This document shows, piece after piece, positions 1-59,910 of a DNA stretch of 63,734 bases; within the stretch, counting starts at the first letter, position 1; each line of letters begins with the position of its first letter. The notes under the pieces were generated by a model. It did no database searches. It had not been told where the DNA came from and worked only from the letters and a program-made list of their open reading frames with translations. The position numbers and the translations under genes are program-made. The stretch spans positions 1 through 63,734 of the forward strand of contig JAAILG010000647.1 of the NCBI GenBank assembly GCA_012026655.1, given 5' to 3'. Source of the stretch: Hydrolagus affinis. Lineage: Eukaryota.

Positions 1-317
1 TGGGGAGCCAGTGGAGACGGGCGAGGGTGGGGGTTATGTGGTCGCGGAGGCGGGTGCGGGATAATACACGGGCTGCAGAGTTTTGGATGACCTGCAGCCT
101 GTGAATGGAGGAACTGGGGAGGCCGACGAGGAGAGAGTTTCCGTAGTCCAGCCTTGAGGTGATGTACGCGTACACGAGTGTTTCGGCAGCGTGGGGGGTA
201 AGATAATTGCGGAGCCTGGCAATGTTGCGCAGGTGGAAGTAAACGGTGCCGGTCAAGGCACAGATGTGGGGGAGAAAGGAGAGTTTTTGGTCGAACGTGA
301 TGCCGAGGTTCCTGACT
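1..317 (-). mobile_element. L2-clade LINE ORF2 3' fragment (degenerate)
   Basis: reverse strand resembles the same L2 segment seen at 23050-23380 (RNLGV.FD..., HITP.L..LHWLP-like). Confidence 0.7.
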
Positions 318-668
318 GGTATATTCTGTGAAGCGCTTTGAAATGTCTAGAAGATGTGAAAAAGTGCTATATCAAATGCAAGGATTATTATTATATATAA
401 TATAGATTGAACTGCATTGTTTTCCAAATAGGGAGAAGAAAATCTGTTACTCCTGGAGGGAATGGGAGGTTAATAGCAGATGAAGCATTACAATCAACCA
501 TAGCTGCCATCAATTTGCAATTGTTACAGTGTCTTCTGTGAAGTGCTTTGGGATGTCTAGAAGACATAAAAAGCGCTATATCAGATGCAAGTATTATAAT
601 TTTTCTTCAGAATATTTTGATGAAACCATTTAAATTTAAATGCATTTTCTTGCATTTCTGTTGTTCAG

Positions 669-805
669 GATTTCCAAGATGGCGGTGAGCTATAAAGAAT
701 TGGAGTATGACGCAGTGATAAACGTAGGGAATGGAGTAACTGCTAAAATTCCGCCGGATAAAAGGTTTATTAAGGTTTCTCTTCCTCATGGTTATGACAC
801 GTTTG
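669..805 (+). CDS. HELB: HELB coding exon ([20 protein letters not shown]...[16 protein letters not shown])
   Basis: ttgttcag acceptor, gtgagt donor, 137 nt; resembles mammalian RIS..FDAELNI..DKTFIFVRLP; phase joins the next exon. Confidence 0.85.
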
Positions 806-3800
806 GTGAGTTTGAAAACAATAACTAGAAGTTGGACTATATCTTGTTGGGTGGGGAGACGACGGGTGCAGCTTATCAAATTTATCAAATCGTGTTAATG
901 CTCAAATCAACAATAGCTCTTAAAATAATGTGTTCACTTACAGAGCTTTGCACTAAAACTCTTAATTATTGCTCTTCTAGGGAGCTTTTCAATTGCCTGA
1001 AGTATATATGTCAGCCCCAGATTTATGTAATCATGTTAACTTGCGTCATCCAACCACTGTAAAGACAGACCGGTTAGCTAGTAAAATAACTACATTATAT
1101 TGAAAAATTCAAAAGCCAACTAGAAATTTTTGTAATTCTTCTTGAAAAACTTTAAAAGGACATCAATTTGATCAGGATACTTTTTTTTAAACAAAAAAAT
1201 ATTCTCTTTTTGCTGGTTTACTTTCCTGAGCTCTCCTTTTCCCTTCTCCTGACTACTGTTATTTTTCACATACCAGTGTTGGATTTGGGATTTTCGGTCT
1301 CTGCCCGATGTAAAGCATTAAAAGGAAACACAGGAAATTCTTCAGCTGCAATCTGGCAGACACCCAAAAAGAAGCAATACCAAACACACCTTATTATTAT
1401 GATAATAATAATAATCCTTACATTTGATATAGCGCTTTTCATGCCTTCTGGACGTCTCAAAGCGCTTCACAGAATATACTGTACAGTGAATTGACTGTAT
1501 ATTTGTGGGCGAAACGCAGCAGCCAATTGCACACAGCAGTATCCCACAAAGAGTCGTGGATTAAAATGACCAATTTTATTATTGTGTTTTATTTTGGAGG
1601 GATTATTATTAGGTGTGTGGAATAAGGAAACTTGCTCAAGGACTACAAGGAGAAGAACTACAAGGTGACGTCCAAAAACTGGAAATATCGCAACCTGGGC
1701 CCAGGCATTTCCGGAATCGGGATGCGCTTCTGGTGTTCCGAAGTTGGGAAATACCCGAACCTGGGCTCAGGTGTTTCTGGATTTCAGACATCCGAAACAC
1801 GTTCCAAAGTCCAGAAAAACACGAAAACCAGCTCGGCCTCGGTCCCGAGGTTGCCAGCGAAGGCCTGAGTGTGTGTTGCGGGGGCAGCCGGGAGAGACGA
1901 GAAGCGTGCGAGATTTAAACATTCATAATAGTGCACGCAGCCTTCGCTAAGTGGATAGGTGGTACAAATATAAACTTTCGTTATAGTGAACCTTCATTGA
2001 CCGAGCGTTCGTTAAGCGAGGTCTACCTGTACTTCCTTCCCATCTCTTTCCACAATTGTAACAGTTCAGTTTCTGGCCACTTCCTCGTGTTCCAAATGAG
2101 TTACTTTGAGTTAAAGTGTGAAATGGTGCTCATGCTTTTACAAACCACAAGGGGTTAAGTTCTGGTTAGTGCAGATATCAGATGTTTCACTATTGAATGT
2201 ACACTGCACCTGTTTCTGAATGAGCTCAGTTGCAGACTGGTAGCCATGGATGTATTGCATGTAGTGTTGACTGTTCAATGTGGAAATCTCCCACAGAGCC
2301 ACCCAGTGGCAACATTTAAGCACTATACCAACAGGTGCCACCATGTAAGGCAGAGTGAGCAAGGGCCTGCCTTCCACTGAAGATAAAAGCTGCATTGTGT
2401 CATACCTCGTTTTGGTAGGGATCATACATGATAACATCTTTTTAAATTTTTCTATCTGTCAGCTCTGCAAGAGGCCGTTAGGATCTTACTCAAAGAAGGG
2501 CCAGGACTGAACGACCATCAGAAATCGCAGTTCATTGCATTTAGGCGGTGAGTAAACTGAAACAAAATCTGCAGCTGCATGTTTAATGTGTGTTGTTTTT
2601 CCACTCCAGTAACAGTGTAGAAGGAGGAAAGGCAACTGAGACTTTCTCACAAAGTTATTGTTAATTTCAGTAGTGGCCTGTCCTTGGAGAAAAAGAAAAT
2701 CATCATTTTACGGAATATAAAATCTCTTCTTTCCTCCCCCTTAAACTCTTTAGGGATTTGGCTCAGTCTGACATGTGGTCGTAGGAGTGAGAGAATAATT
2801 TTCTTCCTATTACGTAATCGTCTTATTACTATTGGCGATCGGGCTATCAGCTATCTGGGACACGTTCATCTCCCCCATATCTCAACCCCAAACCCCTTGG
2901 CCACCACCCTTCCTGAATCCACCCCTCAGGTGCAAACCCTCAACTCTTCAACAATTTTTTGTTGTTCTTGAAGGCAGGGGCACTCTGGATGCATCATGAA
3001 GCTCAATACACTTACACTGGTCCTTTAGATAGAGTAGGTATATAAACAGTCTCACAATGTGTGTTAGTGTAACTGTACAGTGGTTTAGAATGTTTTATAT
3101 TTTGGTGGTGTTACACTCTTTGATATTAAATTATTGGAGTCCCGTAGAGAGGCAGTTATCTCTCTCACCTCATGAGAGGCCCTAGGTTTGGCCCTCTAAA
3201 TACATTAAACATCACAATAGATTCTGCGAATGCTTTGCGATGTCTCAATGACCTGATTAGACGCTGTATCAAATGTAAGAATTGTTATTCTAGATAATGG
3301 GCTCCAAGTTACATCGGCTTTTAGCCTGCCAAAAACTCTTGTCGAATTTTAACATTGAATTTAAGAAATGTTCATAATTCTGTGTGATGTTAAAATCTTA
3401 AGTTCTAATGGTCTTAATGGTTGTACTTCGATTGAATCTCAGACGTTTACTTTTTTATTATTTGTGTTATTTATTGTAATTTGAATGTGTGTAAGATGTA
3501 CTTATAACATTTTTATTAACTTATTTTTATGCAGGCTGGATTGCGACTTAATAAACGAACTCTGCTGCAAACACTACTCAAAACATTTAACCAAGTGAGG
3601 TCCTGTGTGTGTTGTGATTTGTTTCCTTTACATGCATAACGAGTACTTTCCCACCCACAAAGTCAGAAAGATTTGTAGATGTTTCACTGAATGTGAAATA
3701 GCAATAAAGCAGATCAAGAAAATAGACTGTTAGTGAACCACAACAAAAGACATGTATAGCATCTGGCATCCCTTCTGAATGCTAACTTACTATTTATGTG

Positions 3801-6800
3801 CCTTAAAGGAAACATTAAATATTTCAGATAACATTCGTAAAATCTTTGTATGCATTCGAACCTCTTACTTTCTTTACAAGTGCTTCCAATATATTCAATA
3901 ATTCATTTTCATTTATCTGTGGAAAATTAACTCTTCACCAATGGATGCCACTTAAACCCATTCTTGTAAATTTATTGAGTTAATAAAATAATAATAATAC
4001 TTACATTTGGTAAGGGATCCATCACGTTGAGAGGACATCCTAAAAGGCAGTGGCAGTGTGTTTTGTGGTCGAACACAAATAATAATAATAAGCCTTGCAT
4101 TTGATATAGCACCTTTCACATCTTATCGGCGTCTCAAAGCGCTTCACAGAATATACTGTAAAGTGAATTGACTTTATATTTGTGGGCGAAACCAGCAGCC
4201 AATTGTGCATAGCAGTGTCCCACAAACAATCACGGATCGAAATTTTTATTTTTGTGATTTTTTTAGCCGGTTTATTATTAGACATGTGGAATAAGAAAAC
4301 TTGCCCAAGGTTTTGCCCTGATCTGCCTGGATTAGAACACAGGTCTCATGCTTTTAAGGCGAGGGCTCTAACTACTGAGCTACAGGAGTTCCAAATTCCC
4401 TCAACTCTACTTCAGTTTGTGGGATATCCAGAGAAGCTTCTTTAAAAATTAGCAGTGTTATAAGTGGAATGGCCTGTTATTTTAACTTTCCTAATTTCTC
4501 CTCTCTTACAGAAATGCTAAAAATTGTATTGAGTTCCAGACCGGTGACAAAGTGTGTTGCACAAGGAACGGTTACGTTAGGGACCTTTTAGCAGAAAAAA
4601 AGTCAGAAGAAGAGTCAGAGGATATGAAAGAGAAAAAAATCCGTCTGTGTAATGGAGAAATATTTTTTATTGAGCAGGTACATATTAGCATTTTTTAAAA
4701 AAAGAAAATAGCAGCGTGATATCTTAAAACTCACATTTATGTGTCAGCCTGGCTCAGTTGTTAGCACAGTCTATGAATATGGAAACAATTCCTACAAATT
4801 GATCAACTAGACTTAAAATTTTCTCTCATACTTTTACTGCTTTCCCTATCGTGCAGTGTCACAATTTCATAACTGAAAATAAGCCTGGAAGTAATTCACC
4901 ACCACACCCCTTTTTTTGGCAGGGTAGTTTGCGTGTGTATATACGTGTATAATATTTATTTACATAAATTCTCCAAAGATAAAGACTAGGATGGAATGGT
5001 ACTTACCTCACTTTAAATGTGTGCATTTAGAAAATAGATGTTTTTCTGTTGTTTTTAGGATTTAACTTCAATTGAGAATTCTAAAAAGACCCGTTTGTTA
5101 TATCTGGATGATCCGGATGAGCGTAAGATTCAAGTGAACTACAGGGAAATAATGAGAGAGTGCAAACTGCAACATGCATGGGCCAGGACTATCCACACAT
5201 TTCAGGTAGGCAACACTTTTCTTCATCCCATCAAAATAATCATTCATTTTCACACTGGATCGGTCAGTAGTACTCTTGCCTCTGGTTCCGAGGTTGTGTG
5301 TTCAAGGTCCATGTTGGGATTTTGAGCGCGTAGTCTAGGCTGACTATGCTGCACTAGGGGATTTGCCACATTGTTGAACGTGAAACTTATCTATGTAAGA
5401 CATTCAATTAAGGTTCAGCCTACCTATTTGAAAAGAGAAAGTCGTTTCTCCCAGTGTCCTAACTACGAATTCTCCCAGATGAATTAATCATTTAACTGTT
5501 GGTTGGTCCTTGTTCTGTCACAAATTGGTTGCTTTGTTTGCCTACAAATACATAGCCATCTACACTCGACTGTAGTTGCCTGAAGTATTTTACAGCGTTT
5601 CAGCATTATATCAAATGCAATGATTATTTCATCTAACCATTGATCTGAGTAGCCTGAAGCTGGACCCTTGTGTGTGTTGCTAACTGTTCGTGTAAAGTGT
5701 TAACACTTCACTGTACTGTGACTTTTGGTTATAAGATGGGTGCAATGTGGAGTCGATTCACTCCGAAAGCTTGCAGCTAACCTGCTTGCTTCCCACACAC
5801 TGGCCTGCTTTCGCATTAAATGGCAGCAGGGTACTGTGCATGTCCCTTCCTGTTTTTTGCATGTGCAGCAAACAAAGTGAGTGACACTGCTGGTAAAGGA
5901 ACAGCCAGCTGCAGTGCACACAGTCAAACCTGCTGCAATTCACTATAGCATAGGTTGGAAATTTTGTGGATCTGAACAAATGCCTTTTAATGAATCTCCC
6001 CATAGTACCGTTCTCCTCTTCTGCCTAGGGATCTGAAGCTGACACAGTTGTGTACATTGTGGGAGTAGCAGGAAGACAAAACTGGCAGCACATCTACACT
6101 GCCGTCACACGGGGGCGCCAGCGTGTCTACATCGTTACATCCGAGGACCAGTTTATTCATGCGGTAAAAACAAAATGTCCTCGCAGAAACACTCATCTGC
6201 GTGAATTGCTGCAAGAGAACCTGGCAAAAGCCAAGTCTACCATGGCTGATGGAGAGTTGCAGTCCCAGCAACCTACTTCATCTCCAGTAAACCAGCAGCA
6301 ATCCAGCTTGTCTCCTGCCAGAGCACAAGCCCCGTTTCCAAGTGCTCGCTCGACGCCGTTTGTTTCATCGCCTCCACCTACCTCTGGTCAGACTAAAGAA
6401 GACTTCTTTACACCTCACTCAGACGGTGAAATAAATGAGCCCAAAGGTGAGACTACACCTCAGAGCGAAACGTCCTATTCTGAGGACCTGGAATTTGCAC
6501 AGAATTACAGCTGGTCTTCTCTTGAAGACCAAGACATGGCCAAGGATCGGCAAAGCCCAACAGCAGAATCTATCTCTTCTCCTCAGAGTAACAGTGAGAG
6601 GGATGCCTTTCTGCCCAAGTCTGGTAACGTGTCCCCTCAACCTTGCAGATCTGCTCCTGCTGCTTGTTCTCCTGCCAGTAAGAGGCTCAATTGTACTTTG
6701 GACGAAATGGAAACTCCTAACAAACAATCCAAGGTAAATGAGAATTTTGGTGTGCAGTCTTATGAAAGATTTAATAACTGATCATGTTTGCTCTCATGAG

Positions 6801-8154
6801 AACAGAAGTGTTGTTCACAGTTTGTTCTCTTTGATGCGGGAGTTTGAAAGGGACTGTCGAGTTTTGCCAAGAGGTACTTCATGAAAGTGAGCCTTGAGAA
6901 AGGGTGATTTTCAAAAGGTACTTTGTCTGTAAACAAAAACATTGATTGAATGGTACCTAATGCAATTCACGTGGAGACAGAAGGCTTTTTCATCCAATCC
7001 CAAAGTACTGATTTATCCTGGTCTACACTTCTACACTTGGGAATGGTTGTTCTTGAGCCCTTCACTGAAATGGCTACCAGAAAATGGTGTCTTATTCTCT
7101 TCTCGAGCACAGAAGCAATTAGTGGCACCATTACTGGTAGCTTGGTTGACACTGAGTACAGGTACTCCTCCGCAACCCCGAGGGATATGTTCCTGAAAAC
7201 CTCCGTGGTTGTAAAATACAGGGCCCTATGGAAAACATGGGGATAGGGGGAGTATGTTTGCTTTTTCGCGGTTGGAAAATGCAGGGCTCTATGGGACATG
7301 GGGATAGGGGGAGTAAGTTTGGGCGCATTGGCTGCCAGGATCTGCAGCAATCCGCGAGGCTGTCTGACTAACTGATCTACATAGAGAGAGAGAGAGAGAG
7401 AAAAATCAATGGAGATTTACCTTAATCCTAAAAGAGAAGCGACGTCTTGCTGGTTGATTGCGACATCGCAATTGGGTCCTAGCGCCAGACGCCAGCGCGA
7501 AGCTGATTGATGCAACTGGGTCCTACCGCCAAACGCTAGTGTTAGTGTTAAAACCCATGGATAAGCAAGGGTTAAGTAATAACCATTGCCATGGTTAGGA
7601 AGGGTTGTCGCAGCGAGCCAACCGTGGATAAGTGAAATTAGCGGTAGAAAAACCGCGGTTGGGACGGGCTATGTGTAATTTAAATAAACGGCATTATAGC
7701 TGGGTCCCAGTGGAATGTGGGGTGGGTGGTGGTGCCATAGACCATTAAGACTGAACTTGAAATGACCTAAAAACAGTCCTAACAAGGTTGGACACTGGAG
7801 CAGGTGATAGTAAAATGCTCCTTTTTGATGTAAGTACATGGTTGTTACTGTCCTCAGCAGCCTTGCTCAAATATATTTGGAATCCATTTCATTGCCTAAT
7901 GTGTTGCCCACTGTTTACTGGAAATTTGGAAATATGGCTGTTCAATGTGATCTGTGGTGGGGCGGGTTGTTGGGGGGAGGAATGTGTTAAATATTCCCGA
8001 CAGTCTGTCGTAACTACTTTTCTGTTTGTAGGTATCCGTGGTGGATTCACCTCTTGGCAGTACTCTTCTTGGACTTCTGACGCTTGAGAACTTACACCCC
8101 AAGCAGCTGTTTCCAAAGAATATAAATGGCGAAGACAACACCAATGCACCGTGA
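669..8154 (+). CDS. HELB: DNA helicase B, 3' part, spliced CDS join(669..805,2463..2547,3535..3594,4512..4677,5059..5205,6029..6733,8032..8154); 5' exons lie upstream of the window
   Basis: Spliced translation gives [81 protein letters not shown] (SF1B/RecD-like motifs typical of HELB). All introns are GT-AG, phases are consistent, and the gene is tail-to-tail with GRIP1 as in mammals. Confidence 0.96.
1404..1640 (-). mobile_element. tRNA/Deu-domain SINE, head missing (a MITE fragment follows)
   Basis: shared Deu core (tgtgggcgaaacgcagcagccaattgc..cagcagt.tcccacaaa) and L2-like tail with (ATT)n; tail-only copies at about 319-393 and 534-600 (+). Confidence 0.85.
1675..2029 (+). mobile_element. 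right-hand part of a Tigger/pogo-like MITE (same family as 33926-34530)
   Basis: ends ..gaggtctacctg|TA; shares gaaatatcgcaacctgggcccaggcatttcc and gtggtacaaata with the 33.9 kb copy. Confidence 0.8.
2463..2547 (+). CDS. HELB: HELB coding exon ([28 protein letters not shown])
   Basis: ctgtcag acceptor, gtgagt donor, 85 nt, SQFIAFRR motif. Confidence 0.93.
3535..3594 (+). CDS. HELB: HELB coding exon ([20 protein letters not shown])
   Basis: tatgcag acceptor, gtgagg donor, 60 nt. Confidence 0.93.
4079..4390 (-). mobile_element. full-length tRNA/Deu SINE
   Basis: tRNA-like head (cctgtagctcagtagttagagc), Deu core, L2-like tail. Confidence 0.88.
4512..4677 (+). CDS. HELB: HELB coding exon ([21 protein letters not shown]...[12 protein letters not shown])
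   Basis: cttacag acceptor, gtacat donor, 166 nt. Confidence 0.94.
5059..5205 (+). CDS. HELB: HELB coding exon ([10 protein letters not shown]...[11 protein letters not shown], helicase motif V)
   Basis: tttttag acceptor, gtaggc donor, 147 nt. Confidence 0.95.
5255..5628 (+). mobile_element. older Deu-domain SINE (SacSINE1/AmnSINE-like); related copies at about 11590-11900(-), 16300-16840(+), 31235-31650(-), 33165-33480(+), 47340-47815(+), 51210-51620(+)
   Basis: head tactcttgcctctg..ggttgtg.gttcaag; the clearer copies share gatga.acattaaac.gagg..cc...aagatccc and a caaattggctgc core; same L2 tail. Confidence 0.65.
6029..6733 (+). CDS. HELB: HELB large exon: motif VI (YTAVTRGR) plus S/T-P-rich C-terminal region
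   Basis: gcctag acceptor, gtaaat donor, 705 nt open frame (overlaps ORF 6050..6781). Confidence 0.95.
7159..7675 (+). mobile_element. degenerate Tigger-like MITE with internal tandem duplications and (GA)n
   Basis: TA-flanked imperfect TIRs (tacaggtactcctccgcaaccccg vs rc tacacatagcccgtcccaaccgcg); about 60-bp direct repeat at 7205-7255/7268-7315. Confidence 0.55.
8032..8154 (+). CDS. HELB: HELB last coding exon ([40 protein letters not shown])
   Basis: tttgtag acceptor, TGA at 8152-8154; resembles the mammalian ESP..LQNLRLNNLIPRQLF end. Confidence 0.9.
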   Translation, partial: VSVVDSPLGSTLLGLLTLENLHPKQLFPKNINGEDNTNAP

Positions 8155-8485
8155 CACAAGTTCAAGGAATATTATTTTGTGTGGAAACAGTGCAAATCAC
8201 ATGATTTTGAATGCTGGAAGCGACAGAACAACTGTTGAATCTGACAATCTTCACTGTCAAGACAACAAACACACGGAGAAACAGTTACTAATCTCTGCTC
8301 AGAGCTGGTTGGATGAGAGCGGCAAATTTGGTCCTTTTTAAAAACTAATGCGCTGCTAGAAAATGAGAAACACCATTCTGTATTCATTTCCATACAAAAT
8401 AGCAACTATTTTCTGCAACATATCGTAGCTCCCTCTTGTATTCCTAACTAAACAGCATCCGCATCTTTATCATTGCTGTTGCTTT

Positions 8486-8798
8486 TTTATTCCATGTGCA
8501 CTTTAATTACATAACCTTCATTTAAAAATGAAACTGCTGCACAAGTGTATTTTTTTTAAACCTGCTTTTATTTTAATTTTTGCATATCCCATACAAATTT
8601 AGCAGTGAGGATTCCCAAACCCTTAGGACGATAAATATCATGCTACCAAAGTAGGAAATTTGTACAAAAATACTTTGCTGTTTATAATACTCATTTTGTT
8701 ACAAATAAAAATACATTGTCCAAAGGATGTAATGTACGACACGTTTGCTTCAAGTTCACTTAGATTATAGCTGTATTGCTGGCAGTGCTGATTTTATT
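8486..8798 (-). terminator. candidate GRIP1 polyadenylation signals (AATAAA on - at 8793-8798, 8567-8572, 8486-8491)
   Basis: TTTATT hexamers on +, 1.3-1.6 kb past the GRIP1 stop; which one is used cannot be determined. Confidence 0.4.
8704..8709 (+). terminator. candidate HELB polyadenylation signal AATAAA
   Basis: first canonical AATAAA found on + after the HELB stop. Confidence 0.45.
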
Positions 8799-9675
8799 TT
8801 AAAAGGAAAACAAACCTCACGTTACCGCTAATGGACATCTTATATGTGTGCAAATCAATGAGTCAAAGCAGGGTACAGATGTGCGCTTGGTCTTGTAAAT
8901 ACCAACTTATTGGTTCACTGCAGTGAGGTGCAACCAACAATAATACTAATTGAGATTTAGCCAGCTTTAAATTCATATTACATCAATATTTCAGTTAATA
9001 CCAATATACAAAGTCAATCTTTTACAAATACAAATGTGTTCATTAAATATTTACCAGACTCAGTTCTGGACCAAAACTTAGAAGAGCACTATACACAGTT
9101 GAGCAGGTTGAGGATCAGTCAATCACCCATTGAAAAAAAGGGCTTAAATTTTAAGACAAAAATTAATTCAAGTGGTAAGTATTTGTCGATCACGAGTTAC
9201 AGTTCTTATGGCAACATCAGAATCTCTATGACAAAAAAGGTTATAAAATACTGTACCACATCTTGGCAAAGAGAAGGTCACCTATGGTAGTTGGTTTCAT
9301 ATGAGGTGGGTGGAGGGTAGAGAATTTAATGGGTTCTGTTTTTAAATCAGCACTGAGGAGCTCATACCTCTTCCAAATTGTAAAGACTAAGAAAAAAATA
9401 GTTGAGAAAGATTTCTGAGCAGAGTGACCAGGAACTACTGGATGCATGACCTTCCTGTCTGCCTTAGGGTACCTTGTCAATGGATAAAATCTGAACAGAA
9501 ACAAATCATTTGGGGGAACTTGTCCTGCCCAGACGAAGAGCAAAATACTTGAATTCCCTGTGCTGTGTTTAACTTCTCAGTAGAAAATATTTTCTACCCA
9601 ATGGCGTTCCAAGTCATGCCTGGCATTAATACTCAACTTCAGAGTAAACCCAGAAACGAAACAACCATTTATACC

Positions 9676-9713
9676 TATATATATGTATATAGATATCTAT
9701 ATATATATATATA
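9676..9713. repeat. (TA)n-rich microsatellite in the GRIP1 3' UTR
   Basis: tatatatatgtatatagatatctatatatatatatata. Confidence 0.85.
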
Positions 9714-10119
9714 CAAACATACATTTTAAAAACAGCACACCTATGCAATAGTTTTTTTTCTCATTGCCCAGGAAACAGCTGGAAACATCATTCATTGCTA
9801 ATCATAAAAATATCAGCTTTACTCGAGTAAGGGCAGTGAACACTTTGGCAAGCGTACCATTAGATTGGTGAGATGCAGTGAGAGGGGGAAAAAAACACCT
9901 TCATTTCAATGCCCTGCATAAACCGACTAGTACACAGTCTGTCAGAGCCATTGATAGCCTTTAGTATTAACAGTGGGGTTTTACATAAAAGGTCTAGATT
10001 TCTGCTCATTTCTGAAGCCAGTGTGCATTGTAACCTGTGAGACATGTGACTCAGGGTTTCCATATATGAATAATGTTAAAGTGAGTTAGCACCATTGAAA
10101 ATCCACTGAATACCTTGCA

Positions 10120-57839
<47,720 letters not shown>

Positions 57840-58656
57840 CTGTGGAAAGAGCACATCAGCTAATTCACTCCATTATACTACAAGAGGAAATATAAGTTTA
57901 AAAAAAAAGTATTCAGAATACAATATTGGGAGACATGTATTGCAACAGAATATTTAGCGCACTAATGTAGAATAGACCACATTTTGCTTAAAAGGCTGTT
58001 CATCGGCTATGTCATTAAATGTTGGAAGTCATCACACGAATAACTAAGCCACACTGTGGTTAACCACCAGCAGTAGAAATATCACTGAATGTGGCTCTTT
58101 AGTTCTGACAAACACCATCACAGTCGGTACACTATTCAGTTTGCATTTACGAAAGACTTTACCATCATCCACAGGCAGCCCCAGTCATTAACTCGATCTG
58201 TAACATTGAAAATTAAACTGATAGCCAAGCCTTAAAGACCAGGTAGGCCCCAGCTATAACTCTTGCTCTGTGCCAAACTATCTTATCTCATTTAGAGTGA
58301 CACAAAGGATGCTACAGTTATCATCAGGATTCCAGGCTGGGGAGAGGGTAGGGGTTGGGGGAGGAATGGAGTGGGGGAAGAAATCAGCCATGATCCATGC
58401 TTCTGATTGCTATCCAGTGACAACTGCTGGGAAGTAAGTGAATGTCAGGCCTCACCAGGAGTGGGCTTAATTGTGATAATTCCCTCCAAATCATACAGTG
58501 ACTCACTGACACTTAACAGTCTGGGCTCACATATTAAGAATGGTAATTTGGCACATTTACCAGAAAGCAGCCATGATCGTACTCATGGATCACCTACTTC
58601 CCGGAAAGAGGAAACAGGGAGAGAAAAGTACATCAGTGCTTTTTGGCCCTGGAGAA

Positions 58657-59400
58657 CAATCAATCAAATCAATCAAAACTTACATTTATATAGCGCCTTT
58701 CACGTCGAGAAGACGTCCCAAGGCGCTGTTACAGTTAGGTAGGGGCAATGCAGTGTGAAACAACAACAACTTGCATTTATATAGTGGCCTTCACACTGGG
58801 CGGCATCTCAGAGTACTTTGTGATAGTGGAGCCCAAGGCCAAGCCAGTGGAGAGGGGGAAGGTGACCGTAAGCGGGGTTGAAGGGAAAGGTCTTCAGGTG
58901 AAGATGAAGATGGGGAAAGTAAGGGTGAGGCAAAGAGTTGAGGGAGGGAGTTCCAAAGTTTCAGGGTGTAGTGGCTGAAAACAAGGTTGCCGATAGTGGA
59001 GCGGAGGATTCAGGGGACAAGGAGGAGGCCGGACCTAGTAGGGCAGAGGCAGCCGGTATTTCTGTGAGGAGAGAGGAGGCTAGAGATAGGAGGCTGTCAA
59101 GGAGTGGAGGGATTTAAACACTTGAGTGTGGAACTTGAAGTCGATCCACTCTGTGATAGGGAGCCAGTAGAGTTTTGCAAGGACTAGGGTGATTGGGACA
59201 CTTAGTGTTTGGTGTGGGTAAGAATGCGGGAGGCAGAGAATTGAATGAGCTGAATTTTGTGAATGGTGGAGGAGGACAGACTGGCAAGGTGGGCGTTAGA
59301 GAAGTAAAAAGGAAATGGGTGGTGAATGTTTGATTTGGTGAAATGATTCCATGTGCACTGTCTACGTCTCTCTGAACTGTGTGGCTCACTGGTGTAGAAG
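58657..59400 (-). mobile_element. L2 LINE 3' fragments (short young tail plus older fragment of about 600 bp)
   Basis: tail acaacaacttgcatttatatag; reverse translation TIHKIQLIQFSASRILTHTK, same as the L2 at 23.3 kb. Confidence 0.85.
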
Positions 59401-59459
59401 CTGTAGTGGCTGATCTCAACCATCAGCAATTTTATGAGTTAACAAGAGGGTGCCAAGAA

Positions 59460-59910
59460 TGTGTGGGCGAAATGCGGCAGCCAATTGCGCACAGCAGTGT
59501 CCCACAAACAGTCGTGAGTTGAAATGACCAATTTTATTATTGTTTTTTTTCAGAGGGATTATTATTAGGCGTGTGGAGTAAGGAAACTTGCCCAAGATTT
59601 CTCCCTGATCTGCCTGGATTCGAACACAGGTCTCATGCTTGTAAGGCGGTGCTCTAACCACTGAGCTACAGGAGCTCCACATTATGTAGTTGTTATGTGG
59701 TGGTTGAGATTGGCGGATATAAAAAAAACTAATAAATTGGTAATTTCACTCCACGACTGTTTGTGGGACATTCCTGTGCGCGATTTGCTTGCCGTGTTTT
59801 ACCCAAAATATACAGTCAATTCACTTTACATTATATTCTGTGAAGCGGTATGAGATATCTAGAAGACGTGAAAAGCGCTATATCAAATGCAAGGATTATT
59901 ATTATATTAT
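59460..59910. mobile_element. inverted pair of tRNA/Deu SINEs (59460-59678 on -, 59721-59910 on +)
   Basis: Deu cores in opposite orientation about 170 bp apart. Confidence 0.85.
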
